64,000 nt of DNA from positions 237,964 to 301,963 of the forward strand of contig JAWLHY010000006.1 of assembly GCA_041690135.1 (NCBI GenBank). Direction: 5' to 3'. Origin of the DNA: Armatimonadota bacterium (lineage in GTDB: Bacteria > Armatimonadota > SYMT01). Within the stretch, counting starts at the first letter, position 1. Each line of letters starts with the position of its first letter. The notes beneath the pieces are model-generated. The model saw nothing but the letters and a program-made list of their open reading frames with translations, had not been told where the DNA came from and did no database searches. The translations under genes were made by a program, and so were the position numbers. Below are positions 39,207 to 47,158 of the stretch, piece by piece.

Positions 39207-40994
39207 CTAGCCGAGTGCCTGCTCGCGGTGGGTTTCGACCTCCCGGGCCGCCACCTTCAGGAGCACCGGGATGGCGATCACGTTCGCCACGGCATAGAGC
39301 ATGGGCAGCCCCAGGATGATTTCCTCGGGTCGCGCCAGGTTTTTGGCAAAAGCCCAGAGCAACAAGAGCGGCTCCGCCAGCACGATCGCTCCGACCGCAC
39401 CCTGCGTGGTGAATAGATCGCGCCACCGGGTCATGGTACGTAGGGAAGCGGAGCAGCCGACGGCAATGACGAACGCCAGGCTCAGGAACCACGCACCGAG
39501 GGCGAGACTGAGCCCGTAGTCGTCTCCTTCCGTCGCGATGAGCAGGAAGAAGTAGAAACTGGCGATCCACGGCACCGACGTGAGCAGGCCCTCGATCAGC
39601 GCCGCCGCGAGCCGGCCGCGAATGATCTCGCGTCCGGCCAGGGGGGTGAGGAGGAGCTGACTGACCGTGTTCATCCGGCGCTCGCTGCCCCACTGCGCGG
39701 CGGCACGGGAGCCGATCCGAATCGCCGTGACAAAGGCTACCCAGCCCAGGATAGAGCACATCATCCCGGCGAAGGCCGCCACCAAGAGGCCGCCACCCCG
39801 AGGCACGCCCCACGGCCCGGCGACCAGCAGCGCCATCATCGCGAGGCCGATGAGCACGATTCCCAGGCACTGACCCAGGAAGGTCCAGAGGAGGCCGCTC
39901 CCCCGCAGCGCGACTCGGAGGTCGCGGATGAGGACCGGGTTATCCCAGCGGCGCTGGAGGGATAGAATCTCTCCCGCGGTGCGCGCTCCTTCTTTGCGGG
40001 GCTTGACCTTTCGATCCTTTCCTGGCTGTTGGGCCTGCCGCTCCTGCCCGCCCTGACGATAAAGCCGCAGCACCTGCACGAGGGGAAAGCCGATGACCAT
40101 GACCTTCCAGATCCACCAACTCCCCACCCAGGTAAGCCCCAGCAGGATCAGGTACCCTACCGTAACGGTGGTCACTTGCATACCCGTCCGCAAACGCCGT
40201 GCGAGCGGGCTTGCCGGGTTTGCCCAGGTCCAGGCAGCCGCCAGCGCGTACGCCAGGAACAGCGCCAGCAGCAAACCCACGATCTGATCCTGTCGCAGCC
40301 AGATCGCGGCAAAGAGCCGCCTGGGGAACAACCCAAGCGGCTTGCCTGCCGCGGCATCAACGATCCATCGGCCGCCAATGGATAGCAGCATCCAGCCGAT
40401 CCCCATGGGCAGCACGCGGTGAATGCTCGTCTCGAGGCGCTCCGTCAGTGGACGCGTGCGCTCATTCACCGGCGGCGCCCCGATCCGCTCAGGCGCGATC
40501 ACCAGAGCCGCTGCAAACGCCAGCAGTCCAATGCACGCCGAGAGGATGAGGCCGGGCCAGAGGTCGCGCGGGAGGAACTCCCCGCGCATCACCAGGGCGA
40601 AGTAGCCGGGGAGGGCCGCCGCCCAGATAAGCGCAAGCGCATAGACTGGGAAGGCCAGCTTCTGCAGAACCCACCACCAGGGGGACACCGAAATGAGACG
40701 CAGGCTTTCCAGAGTTTTCTGCCGGTACTCTGCTCCGAACACGCGCACCCCAAGCAGCCATCCCGCGGTAGCGCACACGCCCCCATGGGTGAGGCCCACC
40801 GCGACCAGAACCATCGCCCTCAGGAACGTCTCCATCATCCGATTTTCCGTTTCGGAAAACCGCTCCCCGAGCCAGAGGGGAAACAAGGGAAAAAGCGCGC
40901 CCGCAAGAAGTAGCCACGCCAGAGGTGACCAGGCCTTCCGAGAATAGGCGCGTACTTCACGAACGAAAAACGGGTTCTCCACTCCGAACATCAT
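39207..40994 (-). CDS. large polytopic membrane protein, internally duplicated ABC-2-permease-like modules
   Basis: About 595 aa. 'NPFFVREVRAYSRKAW' at the N-terminus and 'NPVLIRDLRVALRGSG' mid-protein each precede a block of TM helices. No ATPase gene is adjacent. The start is uncertain (40994 or 41066). Confidence 0.6.
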   Translation of the reverse strand: MMFGVENPFFVREVRAYSRKAWSPLAWLLLAGALFPLFPLWLGERFSETENRMMETFLRAMVLVAVGLTHGGVCATAGWLLGVRVFGAEYRQKTLESLRLISVSPWWWVLQKLAFPVYALALIWAAALPGYFALVMRGEFLPRDLWPGLILSACIGLLAFAAALVIAPERIGAPPVNERTRPLTERLETSIHRVLPMGIGWMLLSIGGRWIVDAAAGKPLGLFPRRLFAAIWLRQDQIVGLLLALFLAYALAAAWTWANPASPLARRLRTGMQVTTVTVGYLILLGLTWVGSWWIWKVMVIGFPLVQVLRLYRQGGQERQAQQPGKDRKVKPRKEGARTAGEILSLQRRWDNPVLIRDLRVALRGSGLLWTFLGQCLGIVLIGLAMMALLVAGPWGVPRGGGLLVAAFAGMMCSILGWVAFVTAIRIGSRAAAQWGSERRMNTVSQLLLTPLAGREIIRGRLAAALIEGLLTSVPWIASFYFFLLIATEGDDYGLSLALGAWFLSLAFVIAVGCSASLRTMTRWRDLFTTQGAVGAIVLAEPLLLLWAFAKNLARPEEIILGLPMLYAVANVIAIPVLLKVAAREVETHREQALG

Positions 40995-41590
40995 CCCCTC
41001 AGGCCCACCGGCGCTCGACGCCCGGTCTCCACGTTCAACCACAACCCCATGTGCCGGCCCATCCACCGCGCCCTGCTACCCGATAGCCCGGTACGACCCA
41101 GCCCGCGGGAGGCCCAGGTACGTCTCCATCCATCCAACGTAGAACCACCGGTGACAAGTTACGCCCGAGCCTCACCGTCCCTGAGGAAAGTGCCGTACCC
41201 TGGAGTTCGCGATAGGCCTCCCAAAGTACTGCATCCGAGATGCGCAACCTGCCCAGGGAACATTCCGTTTGTAATACCGGTAAGATGAGTATGTAAGGAT
41301 ATGGCAACGGCCCGGCAACCGCCGTGGGCTCAACCCTTTCCAGATCCAAAATCAGGTGCCGAGCTCCGCGGCAGCGGAGGCGGGGGACCCGTGGTAGTTG
41401 GGGCATATTCCGGAACACCCGGAACGAGGACTCTTCCCCTCGCGCCCGTCAGCTAACCTCGTAGGCACGGCGCGAAGAGTCACCTACACCTAACGACTTC
41501 CCATGCCGGAACGTCGTCCTGTTTTTGGCACTCCTCCCGCCGTTCCTCCCTCGCATCTTCTCCTGCCGCGCGAGCCGGCGGGAGTGAACG

Positions 41591-42619
41591 ATGTCAAGCA
41601 CGCAATTCCGCGGACCCCGGCCGGCTAAGTGGCAAGGCTGGGCCGCATTCTGTTCCATTACCTTGCTCGCCGGTGGCGCCACCCACTCGCTCTGGTTGCC
41701 GCGAATCACCATGGCGGGCGACAGTCTTCGCGAGACGCCGAAGCCCGCTGCCCAAAGACCCGCTGCCAAAGACAAGAGCCAGGCCACCGACAGGACCCGG
41801 GTGAGCGGCAAGTCAAAAGCCGGGGCCACGAAGTCACCGAAGAAAACCGCGAAGACGGCTAAGAAAGCTGCGACCTCACCGGTGGCCTACCGGAAGATCA
41901 TCGTCCGCGGGGTACCGATGCACGTGGTTCAGGTGGACCCTCGCAATCCCAATGTCCGGCTCGGAGTGGTCACACCGAAGTACGGAATTGGGGCCCGGGA
42001 GTCGTGGTCGGACCTCGTCGACCGTGCGCGGCCGGCAGCGGCCATCACCGGCACGTACTTTTGCACTTCGTCCGGCATTCCGGTCGGAAGTATCATCGCC
42101 GCGGGCAGAACGGTCCATCGCGGTGGAATCGGCACCGCCTTCACCTTCAGCCCGGCGAAGGGGGCGCAAGTCGTTACCTGCCTCCCTAACCGCGGCTATG
42201 ACTGGAAGGGGGCCGACACGGTGCTGCGCGCCGGACCCCGCCTGTTGACCGCCGGCCAGCGCACCCTATGGCCCGAAGCCGAAGGGTTCAAGGACCCGGC
42301 CGTCTATCAGCGCAAGCGCCGCACGGCCGTGGCTGTGACGAAGCACGGAAAGCTTCTGTTGGTGGCCGTGAACAAGCCGGTGCTGCTGCGGACCCTGGCC
42401 GATTCCCTGCGGGATCTCGGAGCGGTGGACGCTATGTGTCTCGACGGCGGTGGATCGACCGGTCTCTACACCCGCGGCAAAACCCAAATCAAGCCGGATC
42501 GTCCTCTCACCAACCTGCTTGTCGTTTACGACTCGCCAGCGCGCTACGCACAGCAGGTGGGGCGCCTCAACCCGACCGATACGCAGATCGTGCGGCTGGA
42601 GGCGAGCCCGAGTGGTTAG
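41591..42619 (+). CDS. phosphodiester glycosidase family (DUF2233-like) protein, membrane-anchored
   Basis: 342 aa with an N-terminal TM and a Lys/Ala-rich linker. 'AAITGTYF', 'RTAVAVTKHGKLLLVAV' and 'AMCLDGGGSTGLY' resemble this family. Confidence 0.7.
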   Translation: MSSTQFRGPRPAKWQGWAAFCSITLLAGGATHSLWLPRITMAGDSLRETPKPAAQRPAAKDKSQATDRTRVSGKSKAGATKSPKKTAKTAKKAATSPVAYRKIIVRGVPMHVVQVDPRNPNVRLGVVTPKYGIGARESWSDLVDRARPAAAITGTYFCTSSGIPVGSIIAAGRTVHRGGIGTAFTFSPAKGAQVVTCLPNRGYDWKGADTVLRAGPRLLTAGQRTLWPEAEGFKDPAVYQRKRRTAVAVTKHGKLLLVAVNKPVLLRTLADSLRDLGAVDAMCLDGGGSTGLYTRGKTQIKPDRPLTNLLVVYDSPARYAQQVGRLNPTDTQIVRLEASPSG

Positions 42620-42632
42620 GGGTTTCGGGGTG

Positions 42633-42715
42633 CGAGTTGGGAGTCCGGACGAAGTCCGGTTCTCCCTCGCGACCGCCGGATCCGAACCCCGGACTGGCAC
42701 CCGGACTCCCAACTC
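42633..42715. repeat. 15-bp perfect inverted repeat enclosing nested CCGGAC/GTCCGG hairpins
   Basis: GAGTTGGGAGTCCGG (42633-42647) pairs with CCGGACTCCCAACTC (42701-42715). On the minus strand the interior contains CCGGAC-UUCG-GUCCGG. The element lies in a convergent intergenic region. Confidence 0.7.
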
Positions 42716-42979
42716 GGGCGCGGAGAGGCTGGTAACCACAGGCCGACGCCACGTGGCGTTGCGGCAGCTCTGCGACCCGGACGCTCACACAGCAATACAA
42801 CTGTGCCCTAAGACCGACCGTTGGTCAGTTTAGGTGCGAGGGCAAGAATCTGATGGCGCAAGCGACCTGACCCTTTGGTCGCTGAACAATGAACCGAAAC
42901 GGCTCCGGTTGCCAACTTCCTTCCTGGCCTCTCGGCAGGTAAGACGTTGGCAACCGGAACTTGAGTGCCAGGGGACCCC

Positions 42980-44473
42980 TCAGGGCTTTTCCGCCAGGAG
43001 AGCCTTAACCTGGTCGAGCACGCCCTGCTCGTTGAAGCCGGCTTCCAGGTAGCGCAGCACGCCTTTCCGGTCGATGACTGCGACCGTGGGGAAAGCCTGC
43101 ACCTGGTAAGCCTGGGAGGCCACATCGTCCAGGTCCATCATGACCGGATAGGTCACCCCGTGCTTGTCCACGAACTCGCGGGCCATGCGCATCGGATCGG
43201 AGCGCTCACCGGCGTTGACGCCGAACACCATCAAACCCTGCTCGCGATACTTGTTCCAGATCTCTTTTTCCATACGCGGAGCCTCCGCGTTGCAGGGTCC
43301 TCACCAGGAGGCGAACCAGTTCAGCAGCACCACCTTACCGCGGTGCTCTGAAAGCTTCGCCTCTTTTCCATCGAGAGTTTTGAGCTGGACCTCCGGCGCG
43401 GGCTTGCCGACCGAAGCGAAGCGCGCGGCCTGCTTTTCGTGCAGGGCCTTCACTTCCGCCAGGGTGAGTTCCCGATCCCCCTGTTTGTAACGGACCGGAG
43501 GATCGAATCGCCCGTCCGCCACCAGGGTGCCCGCGGGGAAATCGACCGTCAACTCTTCCGGGCGGACCGGGACGTTGATCTGCGAGCCTTCGATCTTGTA
43601 GGTGGAGAGCATGCCCCGGTTCAGGGCCCCGGTGATGTAGATGAGGTGTTCGACGCTCTTCAGGGCAAGGCCGCTCTTGGTGACCTCGTGCGTGATCTTC
43701 AGCTCCTGCCCTCGCGCCACCGGGCCCTGGGGCGTAACGGTATCGCCCGCCATCATCAGCTTCTCCAGGGCATAGCGCGGCGCGGTCCGGAGAATCGCGG
43801 TCACCCGGTCTTCACCCCGCGTTCCGCTGAGGGTCATCAGACCCTTCGAAGGCTTGGCCGAGGACCAGGTGATCCCTTCGAGCAGGTCGGCACCCCGCAT
43901 CACCAGCAAACGGTCCGGCGCTGTCTGGTCCGGTTGCGGGCCTACCTGGCCCACGCGCTCCAGCTTTTCGGCACGGCCAGTCTCCTGGAGCACCCGGCCC
44001 AGGTCCTTCGCCACACCGACGAGGTAGTGGGCTTGGGTGTCCCCCTGGGCATCCATCACCGTGACATCACGCTTCCAATCGTCACCGGAAAAGAGGAGGT
44101 ATTCGCGCCGCTGGGTACCGACCGGTGCCTTCGCAATGGCCGATCGCACAGTCGCACGCTGGGTGCCCTCCGGCAGATCGACCTGGCGTTGTGCCACGTG
44201 CAGCGAGATGCGACCGCTCTTGACCCGAGCCTCATCCTTCTTGAGTTGAGCTACGGCCTTTTCCGCAAGAGCAGATCCCTTGGGCGAATTGGCCGATTTA
44301 GGCGCCGCGGGCCTGGCGGGCGGTTTGGCAGCGGTTGCCCTGGTGGCGGCAGACTTTTTGGCCGCGGGAGGGGCCAGGGTAGCCGACACCGGCTGGCACC
44401 CCACGCTGGCGGCCGTGATTCCGGCCGCGGCCACCGCTCCGAGAGCACAGCGGATCCGGGTCTTCTCGTTCAT
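42980..44473 (-). CDS. predicted selenoprotein: lipoprotein with C-terminal TlpA/ResA-like thioredoxin domain; in-frame UGA (43303-43301) replaces the first Cys of W-C-G-P-C
   Basis: ORFs 43301-44473 and 42980-43273 share one frame, separated by one TGA plus 9 sense codons. The joined sequence reads …GKVVLLNWFASW-U-GPCNAEAPRMEKEIWNKYREQGLMVFGVN…, a canonical TlpA-type redox-motif context. The N-terminus has a lipobox-like 'AASVGC'. The ATG overlaps the larC stop (ATGA). Confidence 0.75.
43274..43290 (-). promoter_or_regulatory. candidate bacterial SECIS hairpin
   Basis: On the mRNA: UGA-GGACCCUGCA-ACGCGG(A)-GGC-(U)CCGCGU. This is a 6-7-bp perfect stem starting 10 nt after the UGA. The apical loop starts with GG. 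Confidence 0.6.
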
Positions 44474-45900
44474 TGCATCTCCTTATCGAGGAGGCCCCAC
44501 GCGGCGGCCAGTGCGGCGGCCTGGACCTTCTTGACCGGCGCCCCGGTCGCAGCCGAACATTTACGGCAATCCTCGTATTCGGGGGTTGCGGTGCGGATCT
44601 CACCATCCTGCCGCGCAACCTTCACCCTGACTTCTCCATACGGTGTTTCCACCGCAAGCCATTCCCGTGGGAGGCAATCCCGGCTCCAGCTCGAATACCG
44701 CACCCCAAATGTTGTGGTCTCCTGGAATAGAACCCGGGTGAGTACTTCGCGTTTCGCCGGATCACACAGCACACTCAGGGTAAGGGCCGGCCGGTTCTTC
44801 TTCATCTGGATCGGCGTCCACCACACGTCCAGCGCCCCGGCGGCGAAAAGCCCCTCCATCACCGGCTCGAACAACTGCGGGGACTGATCGTCGATATTCG
44901 CCTCGATCAACGTGACCTGCGTGGGCTCGGACTCTACCTCGGCCAGCTCCCCGATCACCACCCGGAGCAGGTTGGGGAACGGAAAGTTTTTCATCCCTGC
45001 CCCGTACCCGATTTCGTGTACGGTGAGCGGCGGCAGGTCCCCGAACTCTGGGGACAACGTACTGGCGAGGGCAGCCCCGGTGGGGGTGACCAGCTCTCCT
45101 TCCACGTCCACGTGGCGTAGGGGGCAGCCTTTGAGTAACTCCATGGTGGCCGGGGGCGGCACCGGCATCATTCCGTGCGCGCACCTCACGAAGCCATGCC
45201 CCGTCGGCAACGGTGAGCACACCACGCGCTCCACTCTTAGCAGGTGCAATGCATAGACGGAGCCCACCACATCCACAATGCTGTCTACAGCGCCCACTTC
45301 GTGGAAATGAACTGCCTCCAGGGTGGACCCGTGGACGGCCGCTTCGGCCTCCGCCAACCGTCGATAGACCCGTTCGGCATCCCGCTTCACCCCCTCCGGT
45401 AACCCACTCGCACGGATCAGGGCCGCTACCTCAGTGAAGGTGCGGGTGCCGGCGTGAGCATTGGGCATTGGGCACTCAGACGTTGGGCGATCAGGCGTTG
45501 GGGACTGGGGATCGTGATCGTGATCGTGATCGTGATCGGCTTCCCTTCTCTCCTCGCCGTGAGAATGGCTATGGCCGTGGGAATGCTGCGTGTGCTCGTG
45601 GGTGTGGTGCGAGTGTTCGTGGGTGTGGGTGTGGCCGGAGGGTTCTGGGAGGGGGGCGTCGGTGGGTGGGAGGCGCAGGAGGGGCGCGGAGCCGGCGACC
45701 TCGCCGTGGACCAGGACCTCCACATGCGTCGCGGCAATGCCGGATTTCCAGGCGCGCCTGACTTCGAGGTCCCAGCCGGGCAGGTCGAGGGTGTGCAGGC
45801 CTTCCACCAACAACCCCGCATCCACCCCCGCGTCCAGCAGGGCACCCAGCATCATGTCGCCGCTGATTCCACCGATGCAATCCAGGTAGGCTACTCGCAT
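44470..45900 (-). CDS. larC: LarC, nickel-pincer cofactor biosynthesis nickel-insertion protein (DUF111 family)
   Basis: 476 aa with 'MRVAYLDCIGGISGDMMLGALLDAGV', 'HFHEVGAVDSIVDVVG', 'ELVTPTGAAL' and 'MKKNRPA'. A long His/Asp-rich insert is present (HTHTHEHSHHTHEHTQHSHGHSHSHG…HDHDHDHD). Confidence 0.9.
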   Translation of the reverse strand: MRVAYLDCIGGISGDMMLGALLDAGVDAGLLVEGLHTLDLPGWDLEVRRAWKSGIAATHVEVLVHGEVAGSAPLLRLPPTDAPLPEPSGHTHTHEHSHHTHEHTQHSHGHSHSHGEERREADHDHDHDHDPQSPTPDRPTSECPMPNAHAGTRTFTEVAALIRASGLPEGVKRDAERVYRRLAEAEAAVHGSTLEAVHFHEVGAVDSIVDVVGSVYALHLLRVERVVCSPLPTGHGFVRCAHGMMPVPPPATMELLKGCPLRHVDVEGELVTPTGAALASTLSPEFGDLPPLTVHEIGYGAGMKNFPFPNLLRVVIGELAEVESEPTQVTLIEANIDDQSPQLFEPVMEGLFAAGALDVWWTPIQMKKNRPALTLSVLCDPAKREVLTRVLFQETTTFGVRYSSWSRDCLPREWLAVETPYGEVRVKVARQDGEIRTATPEYEDCRKCSAATGAPVKKVQAAALAAAWGLLDKEMQ

Positions 45901-45901
45901 A

Positions 45902-46651
45902 TTAATCCCGGCAGATGAGGTGCGCCACGTACCCGGCGCCGAAGCCGTTGTCGATGTTGACGACCACTACCCCCGTCGCGCACGAATTGAGCATGCCCAG
46001 AAGCGCGGCCACTCCCTGGAAGCTGGCGCCGTAGCCCACGCTGGTGGGGACGGCGATCACCGGCACTTCCACGAGGCCACCAACCACGCTGGGCAGAGCG
46101 CCCTCCATTCCGGCGACAACCACCAGGGCCTTCGCTTTGACCAGGGCATCCCGTGCGGCGAGAATCCGATGGAGACCGGCCACTCCGCAGTCGTACAACC
46201 GCTCCACCCGACTCCCTAACGCTTCCGCAGTAACAGCGGCTTCCTCCGCCACCGGTTGGTCGGAGGTCCCCGCGCTCACCACGAGAACATGGGGAGCATC
46301 CGCGGGTGGTTCCGGACGAGGCTCCGCTCGCAACTCCACGATCCGTGCGGGGGAATGCAAAACGGCTTCCGGAAAGATCTCCGCAACTGCGGCAAACTGT
46401 TCCGGGGAGATGCGCGTACCCAGGACGAACCCGTGCCGCTCGTAGAGCCGTGCCGCGATGGCGACCACCTGGTCCGCCGTCTTGCCGGCGCAGTAGATCA
46501 CCTCGGGCACGCCCTTGCGGAGGTGGCGGTGCGTGTCCACACGCGCGAAACCCAGGTCTTCGTAGGGCGCCCACTTGAGCGCTGCCACCGCATCTTCGAT
46601 GGTGAGGATGCCGGACTGGACGCCGGCCAGGATCTCTCGAATGTTGTCCAC
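45902..46651 (-). CDS. larB: LarB, pyridinium-3,5-biscarboxylic acid mononucleotide synthase (AIR-carboxylase-like)
   Basis: 249 aa with '[14 protein letters not shown]', '[15 protein letters not shown]', 'DCGVAGLHR', '[16 protein letters not shown]' and 'NIDNGFGAG'. It starts with GTG at 46651. Confidence 0.9.
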   Translation of the reverse strand: MDNIREILAGVQSGILTIEDAVAALKWAPYEDLGFARVDTHRHLRKGVPEVIYCAGKTADQVVAIAARLYERHGFVLGTRISPEQFAAVAEIFPEAVLHSPARIVELRAEPRPEPPADAPHVLVVSAGTSDQPVAEEAAVTAEALGSRVERLYDCGVAGLHRILAARDALVKAKALVVVAGMEGALPSVVGGLVEVPVIAVPTSVGYGASFQGVAALLGMLNSCATGVVVVNIDNGFGAGYVAHLICRD

Positions 46652-47072
46652 GCTCGCTTTTGCCTCGAACCAAGTTCACGGGGTTGGGATTAGAATCTGC
46701 CCGCGGAACACACGGAAGAACGCGGAGAAAGAAAGAAGAAGGCGGAAGAAAACTCCGCGAAACGCCTTCTCCCGTGATGCTTCGGCTTTTCCAGTGAGTC
46801 GCGTCTTTGCTGGTGCTGGTTAGCCAATCTCTCTTCAGTTTACCACTGCGGTGGACGGGGCGCATGGGCGGAAAGGAGAGGCCGGAAAAGGCGGGCAAGA
46901 TGACCGCCCCACGGGGCGGCTACCGTCGTGCAGGACAGGGCCGGTGGGCAGGTCCGTTTTCAGATTTTTCTGCCGCGGTGCAGTCCGAGAGCGTCGGCAA
47001 GGTCCTGGTCGGCGACAGCGAGCCGACCCTACCGGTGCGCAGTCCAGGTGCGGAGGCAGAGGCGTGGATGTG

Positions 47073-47102
47073 AAAAAAGGGCGGGCAAGATGCCCGCCCT
47101 TT
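47073..47102 (-). terminator. rho-independent terminator
   Basis: The minus strand reads AAAGGGCGGGCA-UCU-UGCCCGCCCUUUUUU: a 9-bp G/C stem followed by a U6 tail. It begins 57 nt after the stop at 47159. Confidence 0.85.
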
Positions 47103-47158
47103 AGTGCGTCCTGATTGCGAGAGGGCACAGGCCCCCCCTTTTCTTGAGCCACGGTGGG

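Noticed and set aside
41035-41418. 127-aa ORF upstream of the large permease as a real gene, for example a missing partner protein.
   Set aside because: Codon third positions are not G/C-biased through the central part. There are no recognisable motifs. The 3' end overlaps the permease N-terminal region.
42620-42740. Possible tRNA or tRNA-Sec (selC) next to the selenoprotein gene, because the minus strand contains GGGGTTCGGATCCGG (T-loop-like) and a CCGGAC-UUCG-GUCCGG stem-loop.
   Set aside because: No cloverleaf can be drawn. The T-loop candidate has G where the invariant A58 should be, and its stem mispairs. The putative anticodon loop lacks U33 and has no UCA anticodon. There is no 8-bp acceptor stem or CCA context.
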